From Vulcanimicrobiota bacterium (GTDB taxonomy: Bacteria > Vulcanimicrobiota > Vulcanimicrobiia > Vulcanimicrobiales > Vulcanimicrobiaceae), in NCBI GenBank assembly GCA_963723515.1, contig CAVRQT010000003.1, positions 704,001 to 768,000 on the forward strand: DNA of 64,000 nt, in the 5' to 3' direction. Each line of letters starts with the position of its first letter. Position 1 is the first letter of the stretch. Under the pieces are notes generated by a model, which did no database searches, had not been told where the DNA came from, and saw only the letters and a program-made list of their open reading frames with translations. Both the position numbers and the translations under genes were made by a program. This document shows, one piece after another, positions 1 through 9,165 of the stretch.

Positions 1-1
1 T

Positions 2-265
2 GAACGTTGGCGGAAAGGTCGCCGCGCCGCCGCCGAGTGCGAGAACGGATGGACTATCTTCGACGGCGCGTGCGATCACATCGTGCTCGTACTCACGAAA
101 CGCCCCTTCGCCGTGGGCGTAAAAGATGTCGGCAATCGGTCCATGCTCGCGCGCGACGATTTCATCGACGTCAACGAAGCGCAGTTTCAGCTTTCGTGCG
201 AGACGTTTGCCGATCGTGGACTTACCCGCGGCCATGAAGCCCACGAGCGCGAGGTGATTGCGCAC
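2..265 (-). CDS. aroK: shikimate kinase (3' end runs off the window)
   Basis: My translation from GTG 265 gives MRNHLALVGFMAAGKSTIGKRLA...FVDVD...GEGAFREYE...VLALGGGA, with a P-loop and GGG motif. It lies directly downstream of aroC and is absent from the ORF track. Confidence 0.93.
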   Translation of the reverse strand, partial: MRNHLALVGFMAAGKSTIGKRLARKLKLRFVDVDEIVAREHGPIADIFYAHGEGAFREYEHDVIARAVEDSPSVLALGGGAATFPPTF

Positions 266-269
266 GGCG

Positions 270-1445
270 CTACTGCGAAGCGCCCCTCCGCCGACGGGGC
301 TTACCGAAAAATTCGTCGGCTGCACGCGTCGACTGTTTGAAGTTGGCCACGGTTTCATCCAGGGAATCGCCGCCGTATTTCTCGAGAATAGGCCCGGTCA
401 ACGCCAGGCGAACCATCGCCTCGCCGACGATCGACGCGGCCGGCACAACACAGACGTCGCTGCGCACAACGGTTGCCGGTGCGGCGGAACGCTCGTGCAA
501 GTCAACCGATTGCAGCGGCTTTTGTAACGTTGCCAGCGGTTTGACGTAGGCGCGCAAAACGACCGGTTGTCCGTTTGAGATACCGCCTTCGATACCGCCC
601 GCTCGATTCGAGACGCGTCCAACCTCAGAGCCGCTGACCGAGAAGGCGTCGTGCGCCTGCGAACCGGCACGGGCCGATATCGCCGTGCCGGCGCCGACTT
701 CCACCGCTTTGACGGTTTGCATTCCCATGAGCCCGCCGGCAAGGATCGCATCCAAGCGCGTATCGGGCTGGCGATTTGACCCGATTCCAGCGGGAAGCCC
801 GTCGATCTGCACGACGTACGTCCCACCCAGCGTGTCACCGGCTGTAGTCGCTGCGTCGATCGCTGCTTCCATCTGTTTGGTCGCATTCGGATCCGGGCAA
901 CGGACGCTGCTTCGCTCGATTGCAGATCGGTCCGGATCGCTATGCTCGGGCGCCTTGACATCGCCGATACTCCCGACGTAAGAGAGCGTTTCGATTCCTA
1001 GTATCTTCAGCAATTGCGCGCAGATCGCGCCGAGGGCAACGCGCATCGCCGTCTCCCGCGCGCTGGCGCGCTCGAGGACGTTGCGTAAATCAGCGTGCCG
1101 ATACTTGATCGCGCCGGCATAGTCCGCGTGTCCCGGTCGCGGTGCGGTCAACGGTGGTCCCGTCCCGGTTAAGGGATCCATCAGCGCGCGGTTATTGTTA
1201 TAGTCGCGGTTTCGGATCGCGACTGCAATGGGCGACCCCAATGTTTTTGAACCGCGCACGCCCGCCAGAAACTCGATCGCGTCAGCTTCAATCTGCATCC
1301 GCTCGCCACGGCCATAACCGCCTTGCCGCTTTGCGAGCAGAGCGTTGATTGAGGTAACATCGATCGGCAGATGCGCAGGCAGCCCGTCCAGGATGCCGAC
1401 GAGAGCCGGCCCGTGCGATTCGCCGGCGGTAAGGTAGCGGAACAC
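270..1445 (-). CDS. aroC: chorismate synthase
   Basis: MFRYLTAGESHG, RPGHAD, RASARETA and NRAGGIEGGISNG signature motifs. Confidence 0.98.
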   Translation of the reverse strand: MFRYLTAGESHGPALVGILDGLPAHLPIDVTSINALLAKRQGGYGRGERMQIEADAIEFLAGVRGSKTLGSPIAVAIRNRDYNNNRALMDPLTGTGPPLTAPRPGHADYAGAIKYRHADLRNVLERASARETAMRVALGAICAQLLKILGIETLSYVGSIGDVKAPEHSDPDRSAIERSSVRCPDPNATKQMEAAIDAATTAGDTLGGTYVVQIDGLPAGIGSNRQPDTRLDAILAGGLMGMQTVKAVEVGAGTAISARAGSQAHDAFSVSGSEVGRVSNRAGGIEGGISNGQPVVLRAYVKPLATLQKPLQSVDLHERSAAPATVVRSDVCVVPAASIVGEAMVRLALTGPILEKYGGDSLDETVANFKQSTRAADEFFGKPRRRRGASQ

Positions 1446-1463
1446 AGGGACGCTACCTTTGCT

Positions 1464-2732
1464 TTAGGGTGAGCGGCGGCCCCTCTGCTTAAAGCTCTGC
1501 GTCGTACCGGCACCGCGCATCGCGACGAAGCGCGGCGTGATAATGAAGCACAGTTCATCCTTTATATGTGCGCGCCGGCGCGCGGCAAATACGGAGCCGA
1601 GCACCGGCAGCCTCTCGAGAAAGGGCGCGTTTGCGATCGAGGCGGCGTCGAGATCGCTGAAGACGCCGCCGAGCACGATCGATTGCTTTTCCTGGAGCTG
1701 CAAGGGGAACGCGCGTTGGCGCGTTACGAGCGCCTGCGCTGGCCCCGCGAAGCGTTCCGGAATCCGGTAAGACGCCTGCACGAGCGCTGCGATGCCGGTG
1801 GCGTTCGGCGCTGACCTGATGCTGAGCTCCGCTCCAATCGGAATCAGTTGGCCCTGTACCCGAGTTGCATCGATGAGCATCGGGTACCGGTCGCCGGCCA
1901 ACACGGTAACCGTTCGGTCGCGACGGCTTGCAACGTGCCAGCTTCCTAGACTCGTTGCTCGGCCTGCGCCGTTCAAAAATCGAAGATCTTTTCCGAGCGC
2001 ATCCGTATTCTCGATCAACGCATACATCGCGCGGCCGGCTCCCGATGGCGGCGCATTACTGAGCTCTTGAGCGATATCCGTCTCCCCTGGCGTCAAATGT
2101 ATGTCGAAGAGGCGCACTTCGATCGATACCGTTTCCTTCTTACTGTCCAGGCTCTTGAGCAGCGCGCTTGCCGTGTCCAGCGTGCTCGCATTTCCGACGA
2201 TAACGATTTCCTTGCGGCGGTCGTCCGCAATGTACGTCGCCGCTGGAAGCACGTCGCGCAACGCGTCAAGAACGGAGGATGGGCTGAGGACTTGCAGCTG
2301 GATCGATCGGACGGCGACCGAGGAATCGATTGTCGGCGCGATGTCCTGGGGACTGGAGGCGATAACAACGGCCGGCAAGAGCCTATCGATATTCGCGCTT
2401 CGTTTTAGCGTCGGAAGAACATGGGAGGGTGCATCTACCGCCGGCAAAGCGCGCGCAAGAAGATAGACATTCCCTTCGCGCATGACGTGCAAACCGTGCG
2501 TACGCGCGAGCAGCCGAAGAATCGTGTAGAAGCTTGCATCTTCGATTCGAAGCGTTACGCGTTCGCGCCCGACCGATGAGCTCGCCATGACGTTTTCGCC
2601 CGACTGTGCTGCTAGCATGAAGATCACGTCGCTCAAGCGCGCGTTGCGAACATCGAGCGAGATCGGCGCATCTCGCTGTGTTACGCCCACGCAAAGCAGG
2701 CACGAAACAACGAAAGTGAGTTGCCGAATCAA
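1464..2732 (-). CDS. short secretin-like protein (PilQ/GspD family), divergent
   Basis: Signal peptide, ISLDVRNARLSDVIFMLA N0-like domain, N3-like repeat and C-terminal PFLERLPVLGSVF...ELCFIITP secretin motif. Position upstream of aroC/aroK matches pilQ/hofQ loci. Confidence 0.75.
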   Translation of the reverse strand: MIRQLTFVVSCLLCVGVTQRDAPISLDVRNARLSDVIFMLAAQSGENVMASSSVGRERVTLRIEDASFYTILRLLARTHGLHVMREGNVYLLARALPAVDAPSHVLPTLKRSANIDRLLPAVVIASSPQDIAPTIDSSVAVRSIQLQVLSPSSVLDALRDVLPAATYIADDRRKEIVIVGNASTLDTASALLKSLDSKKETVSIEVRLFDIHLTPGETDIAQELSNAPPSGAGRAMYALIENTDALGKDLRFLNGAGRATSLGSWHVASRRDRTVTVLAGDRYPMLIDATRVQGQLIPIGAELSIRSAPNATGIAALVQASYRIPERFAGPAQALVTRQRAFPLQLQEKQSIVLGGVFSDLDAASIANAPFLERLPVLGSVFAARRRAHIKDELCFIITPRFVAMRGAGTTQSFKQRGRRSP

Positions 2733-3253
2733 TGTCCGACCGGGATCGGCTGCTGCATGCCGGAAAGCCGCAGTCCGCCCATTCCGATCGCCGCAATCCT
2801 GCGTCCGTCAACCACGTCTCCTACCGTGACGATGCGCGTCTGTCCATGAACCGCGATGATCGCATGCGGCGATCCGCCCGCGCTTACTGCTAGAACGTGC
2901 TCTTGAACGGCTATTGGCGCTGCAACTTCACGAGCGTCTCGAGCGTGCTGAGATCGGCGCGGTCTCGCTGTTAGCGGCTGCGCGATCGTCACAAGCCGCC
3001 GCGCCGGCTTTGGATTGCTGCGGCGAGCGATCGTGCGCCGCACTTGCGCGTGATGTAAAGGGGACGGAGAAAGCGCGACTATTGCAGCATACTGAGGAAC
3101 GGCGTCTGGCGGTTTGGTATGAATCCGCAATCCGGCAAAGAGCGCAATAGTAACGCCGCCCGCAACAGCGGCGATCGTTATGATTCTCCGATAACTCGAT
3201 CCGTGAAGCGGGCTTCGAGAGACATCCGAGTGCAGAAAATCGAAGCGCTTCAT
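2729..3253 (-). CDS. single-TM protein with PilP/GspC-like C-terminal beta domain
   Basis: One hydrophobic segment, a Pro/Arg linker and C-terminal AIIAVHGQTRIVTVGDVVDGRRIAAI. It sits between the pilM-like and secretin genes with coupled stop/start. Confidence 0.55.
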   Translation of the reverse strand: MKRFDFLHSDVSRSPLHGSSYRRIITIAAVAGGVTIALFAGLRIHTKPPDAVPQYAAIVALSPSPLHHAQVRRTIARRSNPKPARRLVTIAQPLTARPRRSQHARDAREVAAPIAVQEHVLAVSAGGSPHAIIAVHGQTRIVTVGDVVDGRRIAAIGMGGLRLSGMQQPIPVGH

Positions 3254-3256
3254 CGT

Positions 3257-4120
3257 TCAGGCGGCCCACGTGCTGAGGCCGCCGGCCAAATTCCAATCCG
3301 TTCCGCTCGTTGGATTGCCGCCGAAAAGCGGCGATTCGGGAATTGAAACCTCGCAGCCGCTCGCAGCGCGCAGTCCATCTGCGAGGCCGCGTAGGCGAGC
3401 GCCGTTCCCTACGAGGGCGACTCGATGAACCGGTTTATCGCGTCGGCACGACGAAATCGCACCCGAGAGCATCCTTAAGAGCGAATCTGCTGCTGCTTCG
3501 CCCGCGCCGGTCGCGCCATGAATCCGTTTTCGCGCTTCGGCGCTGTGCGCGTCGATCGCGAGGTCGTCCATAATTTGCGACGTTATGCCTGCGCCGCCGA
3601 TTGAAATCGAGAGCGTGCGTGGAACGGGGAAACCAAAGCGATGCACGCTTGTGCGCCGATGCCCGATGTCGATGATGACGTCGTAGTCCGGTAAGGCGCG
3701 GGCAAGCGCAAACGCTTCATGGTCCGCCGCGATTGCCTGCAGGCCCGAATCGGCAATGATCGCTAGCACTTTTTGAAGGAATTTGCGATCGACGGTTCCG
3801 ACGGCGTGGAGCGCCTTTTTCTTGTCGATCGTGTGCCGGCGCAGGACCCGATCCTGTGACGACGTGGCAACGGAGCTGGTGCCTTGCCAACCTTTCTTTA
3901 GCTGCTCGCACCGCAGTTCAGCATGCGGCGTGCCGAGCGCAAAGACGCAGCGCCGCTCAGTTGTTTCGAGTTCCTTCCACGCTTCTGCAATGGCGTTGCC
4001 GGCTGAAGTGCCGTCCGTCACGTCGCGCGCCGCGCGCCTTGCAATAAAAAGAGCGCCATGCCGCAAACGCGATAAGACGATGCGCACGCGAGTAGCGCCG
4101 ATGTCGATCGCAAGCGGCAA
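3257..4120 (-). CDS. pilM: PilM/FtsA-like actin-fold pilus assembly protein
   Basis: LAIDIGATRVRIV, IIDIGHRRT, IGGAGIT and VALVGNGARLRGL motifs. The start is estimated as TTG 4120, just after the sigma stop. Confidence 0.7.
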   Translation of the reverse strand: MPLAIDIGATRVRIVLSRLRHGALFIARRAARDVTDGTSAGNAIAEAWKELETTERRCVFALGTPHAELRCEQLKKGWQGTSSVATSSQDRVLRRHTIDKKKALHAVGTVDRKFLQKVLAIIADSGLQAIAADHEAFALARALPDYDVIIDIGHRRTSVHRFGFPVPRTLSISIGGAGITSQIMDDLAIDAHSAEARKRIHGATGAGEAAADSLLRMLSGAISSCRRDKPVHRVALVGNGARLRGLADGLRAASGCEVSIPESPLFGGNPTSGTDWNLAGGLSTWAA

Positions 4121-4122
4121 CG

Positions 4123-4845
4123 TCAGCGCACGGCGCAAAGCGGAGCGATCTTTCGAAGCGCGCCGCGGTGCATGCGGGAAACATGCCGCGGCGAGTAACC
4201 GAGTTGCCTCGCGATTTCGAGTTGGCTGAAGCCGCCGTTGTAGACGCCCCACAACACGGCGCGCTCGGTGTCGTTGAGAATGGAAGTGGCGGCGTCGATC
4301 TGCAGGCGATCTAACGTCGCGTCGATGGTCGCTTCGCTCCCCAAGGCGCTTTGCGCGGGAGCAAGCGATTCAAGGGAGGTTGCAGTGGAGCGATTGCGGC
4401 ATTCGTCTGCTGCAGCCAATTCGGCTGTCGTGATGCGGAGATGCTTCGCAAGCTCCGCATCCGTCGGCTTACGCATGAGCGCTCCACTCAATTCTTCATA
4501 CGCGCGCCGCACTTTCAATTCGAGCGACCGGAGTTTGCGCGGCGGGCGAATCGGGCGTTCCCAGTCACGCACGTAATGCATCAGCTCCCCGATAACAAAA
4601 AGCCACGCATACGCTTCGAACGGTGTTCCGACCGCGGCCTCATAGCGGTCGCAAGCCTTTAAGAGGCCGATCGCGCCCACTTGCTCGAGATCGCATCGTT
4701 CCAAGCCCGGCCGCATGAACTTGCGGGCTGCCCGAACGCACAAGTACTCATGCGCATGGACGAGACGGCTTCGGTTCTCAGGCGTTCGCTGCTGAAGCCA
4801 TCCCCGCAGAGCAACTTCCGCTGTACTGCTTGCATCGCGCATCAA
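4123..4845 (-). CDS. RNA polymerase sigma factor, SigB/SigF/SigG family
   Basis: DLEQVGAIGLLKACDRY, FEAYAWLFVIGELMHYVRD and region-4 HTH SQLEIARQLGYSPRHVSR. Confidence 0.9.
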   Translation of the reverse strand: MMRDASSTAEVALRGWLQQRTPENRSRLVHAHEYLCVRAARKFMRPGLERCDLEQVGAIGLLKACDRYEAAVGTPFEAYAWLFVIGELMHYVRDWERPIRPPRKLRSLELKVRRAYEELSGALMRKPTDAELAKHLRITTAELAAADECRNRSTATSLESLAPAQSALGSEATIDATLDRLQIDAATSILNDTERAVLWGVYNGGFSQLEIARQLGYSPRHVSRMHRGALRKIAPLCAVR

Positions 4846-4917
4846 GCAGCATTATCGCAACTTGCGCTGCCGGTTTCTTAACGCGAAGGCAAAGTCGTTT
4901 TACTTATGCACAGTCGC

Positions 4918-6036
4918 CTAACCGCGATAGCGCAGGAAGGCCGGCACCTCGATGTCGTCCATGCTGACGGGCGCAACCTTATCGATTGGCGCGTCGAACT
5001 TGAATGACGCGACGCGCCCCTCATAGCGGCGCGAGCTTCCGAAACCGGCAGCGAGAACCGTCACGCGCACCTTTCCGGCCATGTTCGGATCGATCGAGGC
5101 GCCGAAGATGATCTGCGCGTCGGAATCGACGGCACGGCTGATCATTTCGGCCGCTTCGTTTACCTCGTACATGGCCATATCGGGACCGCCGGTGATATTG
5201 AAAATGACGCCGCGTGCGCCGTCGATCGTTGTCTCAAGCAACGGCGACGCAATCGCTTTCTGCGCGGCATCAGCCGCACGGTGTTCGCCCGTCCCGTCAC
5301 CGATGCCCATCATCGAATTGCCCGCTTCCGCCATCACCGTCTTAACATCGGCGAAATCGAGGTTGATCAAGCCGGGCTGCGTGATCAGATCCGAGATACC
5401 TTGAATGCCTTGGCGCAGTACATCGTCGGCTAATGCAAACGCATCGTTGAGCGGCGTCTTCTTTTCGATCACCTGAAGAATGCGCTCGTTCGGGATCGTG
5501 ATCAGCGTATCGACCTTTCCCTCAAGTTCGGCGATGCCCATCTCGGCGATCTGCATCCGCTTGCGGCCCTCGAAGGCAAACGGCTTCGTGACGACCGCAA
5601 CGGAGAGGGCGCCGGAATCACGCGCGAGCTCCGCGATGACGGGCGCCGCTCCGGTTCCCGTCCCGCCGCCCATTCCCGCGGTCATGAAGATCATGTCGGC
5701 TCCGTCGAGCATCATCGCTAGATCTTCGCGTGACTCATCGGCGGCTTCCCGGCCAAGATTCGGATTCGCACCGGCGCCCAAACCGCGCGTCAAACCCGCG
5801 CCGATATGAACCGTGTTCTCAGTCATCGACGCTCGTAAGGCTTGTACGTCGGAGTTAACGGCAAAGAACTCTACGCCGGACAGCCCAGCTTCGATCATCC
5901 GGTTGATCGCATTGCAACCCCCGCCGCCGACTCCAACGACCTTGATCGTGGCTGCGTGCTCGGGGACATAACGTTTCGCTTCTGACATCGCTGTGAGGGC
6001 CTCCTTAGAAACGTGCGGTTTTTTTGATTTACGCAT
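4918..6036 (-). CDS. ftsZ: cell division protein FtsZ
   Basis: [27 protein letters not shown] and C-terminal DIEVPAFLR; the start may be the later MSEAK. Confidence 0.98.
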   Translation of the reverse strand: MRKSKKPHVSKEALTAMSEAKRYVPEHAATIKVVGVGGGGCNAINRMIEAGLSGVEFFAVNSDVQALRASMTENTVHIGAGLTRGLGAGANPNLGREAADESREDLAMMLDGADMIFMTAGMGGGTGTGAAPVIAELARDSGALSVAVVTKPFAFEGRKRMQIAEMGIAELEGKVDTLITIPNERILQVIEKKTPLNDAFALADDVLRQGIQGISDLITQPGLINLDFADVKTVMAEAGNSMMGIGDGTGEHRAADAAQKAIASPLLETTIDGARGVIFNITGGPDMAMYEVNEAAEMISRAVDSDAQIIFGASIDPNMAGKVRVTVLAAGFGSSRRYEGRVASFKFDAPIDKVAPVSMDDIEVPAFLRYRG

Positions 6037-6043
6037 AGCGAGC

Positions 6044-7270
6044 CTAATTCCAAAGATCGCCGAACCATCGGCCGAGCTTACGAAAGACCGTCGTTCCGCG
6101 ACGGCTGTAGTGTCCGTTGAGTGCGCCGCCGTCGCCGGGTCCGAACAAAACGAGGCCGATTGCCGTTGCGTACTCCGGCTGCGCGAGCGCTTCGGTCAGC
6201 CCAGAGAGCGATTTGGGCGCTCCAACTCGCACCGGAAGACCGAACGCCTCCTCTGCCAATGCCTCGATCCCGCGCAAGTGCGCGCCGCCCCCGGTAAGCA
6301 CGAGCTCACCCAAGATCAGATCGCGCGGCACATTGTCGATGATCTTTGTTTTCGCGAGCCGGAATGTCTCTTGAACGCGAGGCACGACGATTTGGCGCAA
6401 CTGGACCGTCGAGACCTCGCGTTCGCTTCGTCCGTCAAGCGTTTGCGCGACGAATGTGTGTGCCGGTTCATCCGGAATCGTCCCCGCGCCGTAGGCGCGT
6501 TTGATCTGTTCGGCTTGCGCGGTCGTCGTTTTCAAGCCGAGCGCGATATCGTTTGTGAGAATATTTCCGCCGACCGGAATCGTCGACGTGTAGATCGCCC
6601 CGCCATTGCTGTACACTGCGATGTCGGTCGTGCCCCCACCGATGTCGAGCAGAACAACGCCGACCTGCTTCTCTTCTTCCAGCAGCGTTGCGGCCGACGA
6701 TGCCAGCGGTTCAACGACGAGGCCGGCCGCCTCCAAGCCGGCGCGATGCACGCATTTGAGAACATTCGTGATAAAAGATGTGCCGCCGGTGACGATGTGT
6801 GTGTCGACCTCCAACCGGCCGCCCGCCATTCCAACGGGGTCGGCGACGCCATCCTGTCCGTCGACGGTAAATTGACGCGGCAATGCGTGGACGATTTGAC
6901 GATCGGCGGGAAGATTGATGATTTTCGAAGCGTCGACGACCCGCCGCACGTCTTGGGGCACGACTTCCCGCTCGGACCCGGTGACGGCAACGACACCGCG
7001 GTTGTTCGTGCTGCGAATGTGCTCCCCGGTAATGGCGACATAGACGTCGGAAATGTGGACGCCCGCCATTCGCTCGGCCTTTTCGGTCGCCGCTTCGATC
7101 GATTTGATCGTCTCTTCGAGATCGGTAACGACGCCTTTGCGCATGCCAAGGGAAGGCGCTTCTCCCACGCCGAGGATTTCGAGGCCGTTCGGACCTTCGG
7201 CCGCGACGACAGTGCACGTCTTGGTTGTTCCGATGTCGAGCCCGGCCACGGTGTCATGTCTCATCGGCAA
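6044..7270 (-). CDS. ftsA: cell division protein FtsA
   Basis: [27 protein letters not shown] and an amphipathic C-terminus. Confidence 0.97.
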   Translation of the reverse strand: MPMRHDTVAGLDIGTTKTCTVVAAEGPNGLEILGVGEAPSLGMRKGVVTDLEETIKSIEAATEKAERMAGVHISDVYVAITGEHIRSTNNRGVVAVTGSEREVVPQDVRRVVDASKIINLPADRQIVHALPRQFTVDGQDGVADPVGMAGGRLEVDTHIVTGGTSFITNVLKCVHRAGLEAAGLVVEPLASSAATLLEEEKQVGVVLLDIGGGTTDIAVYSNGGAIYTSTIPVGGNILTNDIALGLKTTTAQAEQIKRAYGAGTIPDEPAHTFVAQTLDGRSEREVSTVQLRQIVVPRVQETFRLAKTKIIDNVPRDLILGELVLTGGGAHLRGIEALAEEAFGLPVRVGAPKSLSGLTEALAQPEYATAIGLVLFGPGDGGALNGHYSRRGTTVFRKLGRWFGDLWN

Positions 7271-7421
7271 GGCGGCTCCGTCAAGACAGACGATGCCGCG
7301 ACGCTCAAAAGAGCACCGCCTGCGCGTCCATATCTTGTGTCACTTCCGATGCTTACTACAAATTGTAGAGTACTTGCCGTGCCATCGGCCGCCCTTTCCT
7401 CGGAGGCGGCGGCGCGGTCCT

Positions 7422-7462
7422 TGAGGATAAGCCTGTGAACGCATTGTGGACGCTGTGGATGA
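7422..7462. promoter_or_regulatory. cluster of DnaA-box-like 9-mers upstream of ftsA
   Basis: TGAGGATAA, TGTGAACGC, TGTGGACGC and TGTGGATGA against consensus TGTGGATAA. Confidence 0.4.
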
Positions 7463-7471
7463 ACGTGTCTC

Positions 7472-8209
7472 TTAGCGCACAAAAACGACGACCGGCGTCT
7501 TTGCAGCCCGCAGATCGAGCGCACGAACCTTTCGCCCGTTTTGCGGTACTTGCGCGAGCACCGGATTAACGAGTCGTGCTTTGAGAACGATGTCGCTGTC
7601 GTCGCCGAACTCAACGAGAACGCCGGACCACAATCGTGCGTTGAGATTTCCCAGGCGATCGAGATGAAGAAATGCGACGGGGACGGAGGCGTGGAGCAAC
7701 GCTTTGCAATCCCGTGCTAATTGCGCGAGCGGCGCGGAAGTGAACTTCTTTCCGACCGCTGCATCCGCGACCGTTGCCTGCAGGAGCGGCAGATCCGTGC
7801 GCACGGGGCCGAGCTCCAAGACGTGAAGGTCGCCGTCAACCAGGACGCGCGACGTCCCATCCGTCACGATCGCAAACGGTTTGCGCTCTTGGACGACGAT
7901 CGTTACGTCGGCCGGCAGCCGGCGACGAATCTGCACGGTGTGGACATACGGAATCGCACCGATGCGCGCCGCAGCCGCGCCCGTATTTTGTAGCCAGATG
8001 TTGCGTTGCGGATCGAGGGCAGCCCGCTCGAGCACCTCCTGCTTTGAAACGACGTTCGTCCCCGTGACGGCGATGTGTCGCGCGTGAAAGCCTGGCCACT
8101 GCGCCCCATAGTAGGCCGCGACGGCAAGCGCAACCAGAGTAAGGACGATCAGAATCGAGAATGGCCGCATTCGCGCGACGATGTTCTTGCGCGTGCGATA
8201 ACCCGTCAT
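7472..8209 (-). CDS. ftsQ: FtsQ/DivIB POTRA-domain division protein
   Basis: N-terminal TM, POTRA region (IPYVHTVQIRRRLPADVTIVVQERKP), C-terminal LDLR; upstream of ftsA. Confidence 0.88.
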   Translation of the reverse strand: MTGYRTRKNIVARMRPFSILIVLTLVALAVAAYYGAQWPGFHARHIAVTGTNVVSKQEVLERAALDPQRNIWLQNTGAAAARIGAIPYVHTVQIRRRLPADVTIVVQERKPFAIVTDGTSRVLVDGDLHVLELGPVRTDLPLLQATVADAAVGKKFTSAPLAQLARDCKALLHASVPVAFLHLDRLGNLNARLWSGVLVEFGDDSDIVLKARLVNPVLAQVPQNGRKVRALDLRAAKTPVVVFVR

Positions 8210-9033
8210 GCGATCACGTACCGTTCGATCGCCTCAGCGACGCCATCGTGCGCGACATCCGCTACGACCGCATCTGCGACTTCGAGCAACTCCGCCGGGG
8301 ACGACGACATAGCGATTCCAAAGCCGGCGGCGCGCAGCAGCGGCACGTCGTTCCAGGAGTCGCCGATCGCAGTGACGTCCTGCGCCGCAACACCGGCGCG
8401 AGCAGCGACAAAATGCAGCGCCTGTCCTTTGTCAACCGATGGATTTAAGATCTCGATGAACTCGGGAAAACTGCGCGTGATATAGACCAGATTGCCGAAG
8501 ACCGACCGCAACGTTTCGGCGTACGCTTGCGCACGCTCGGGACGATCGATGACGACCATCTTCGTTGCATCGTTAAAACGAAATTCTTCCAATAGCGACT
8601 GAACGCGGATTGGGCGAACGCCCGAGAGAGAGGCATACAGCTCCGAGAACTCGTTTTCGTCTTGCACGTAAAACTGATCGTTCGCGTAAAGCTGTAAGTG
8701 CATGCCGTCTTCCAGCACGCGCTTCGAAATCTCGAGCACGAGCGAGTTCTGGACCGCGATGTGCTGAAGAACCTCATCGGAACTGGGGTCGACGATCGCC
8801 GCACCCTGATAGCAGATGATCGGCTGCTCGAATTCGAGTTGACGCGCATACGGTAGCGTCGCTTGAAACATCCGGCCGGTGACGATGCAACCGGCGATAC
8901 CGCGTGCTCTTGCGGCTTCAATCGCTTGCCGAACGCGCGGCCGTATCTGCAAATCGCGCCCGATCAGCGTTCCGTCGAGGTCGACTGCCAGAAGCTTCGT
9001 ATGCTGGCGCATGGCTCTGTTGCCGTTATCCAC
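8206..9033 (-). CDS. Cof-type HAD-IIB hydrolase
   Basis: DLDGTL, TGR, DKGQAL and AIGDSWND motifs. Confidence 0.93.
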   Translation of the reverse strand: MDNGNRAMRQHTKLLAVDLDGTLIGRDLQIRPRVRQAIEAARARGIAGCIVTGRMFQATLPYARQLEFEQPIICYQGAAIVDPSSDEVLQHIAVQNSLVLEISKRVLEDGMHLQLYANDQFYVQDENEFSELYASLSGVRPIRVQSLLEEFRFNDATKMVVIDRPERAQAYAETLRSVFGNLVYITRSFPEFIEILNPSVDKGQALHFVAARAGVAAQDVTAIGDSWNDVPLLRAAGFGIAMSSSPAELLEVADAVVADVAHDGVAEAIERYVIA

Positions 9034-9165
9034 CTACGATTTTTTTGCGATTCGAGGCGCGACGAGGGAGCAATCCCGCGGGCATTGTGACCGAAGAGCA
9101 ACGCTGAAGCGCGATAGAAGCGTGGGTGGAGAACGGTGACGGGAGCCGTGCGTCAGCATACCTAC

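Noticed and set aside
7..527. Plus-strand ORFs at the window start
   Set aside because: Antisense shadows of aroK and aroC.
5993..7438. 481-aa plus-strand ORF and similar long antisense ORFs elsewhere
   Set aside because: Mirror frames of conserved genes (here ftsA), expected at high GC; no recognisable motifs.
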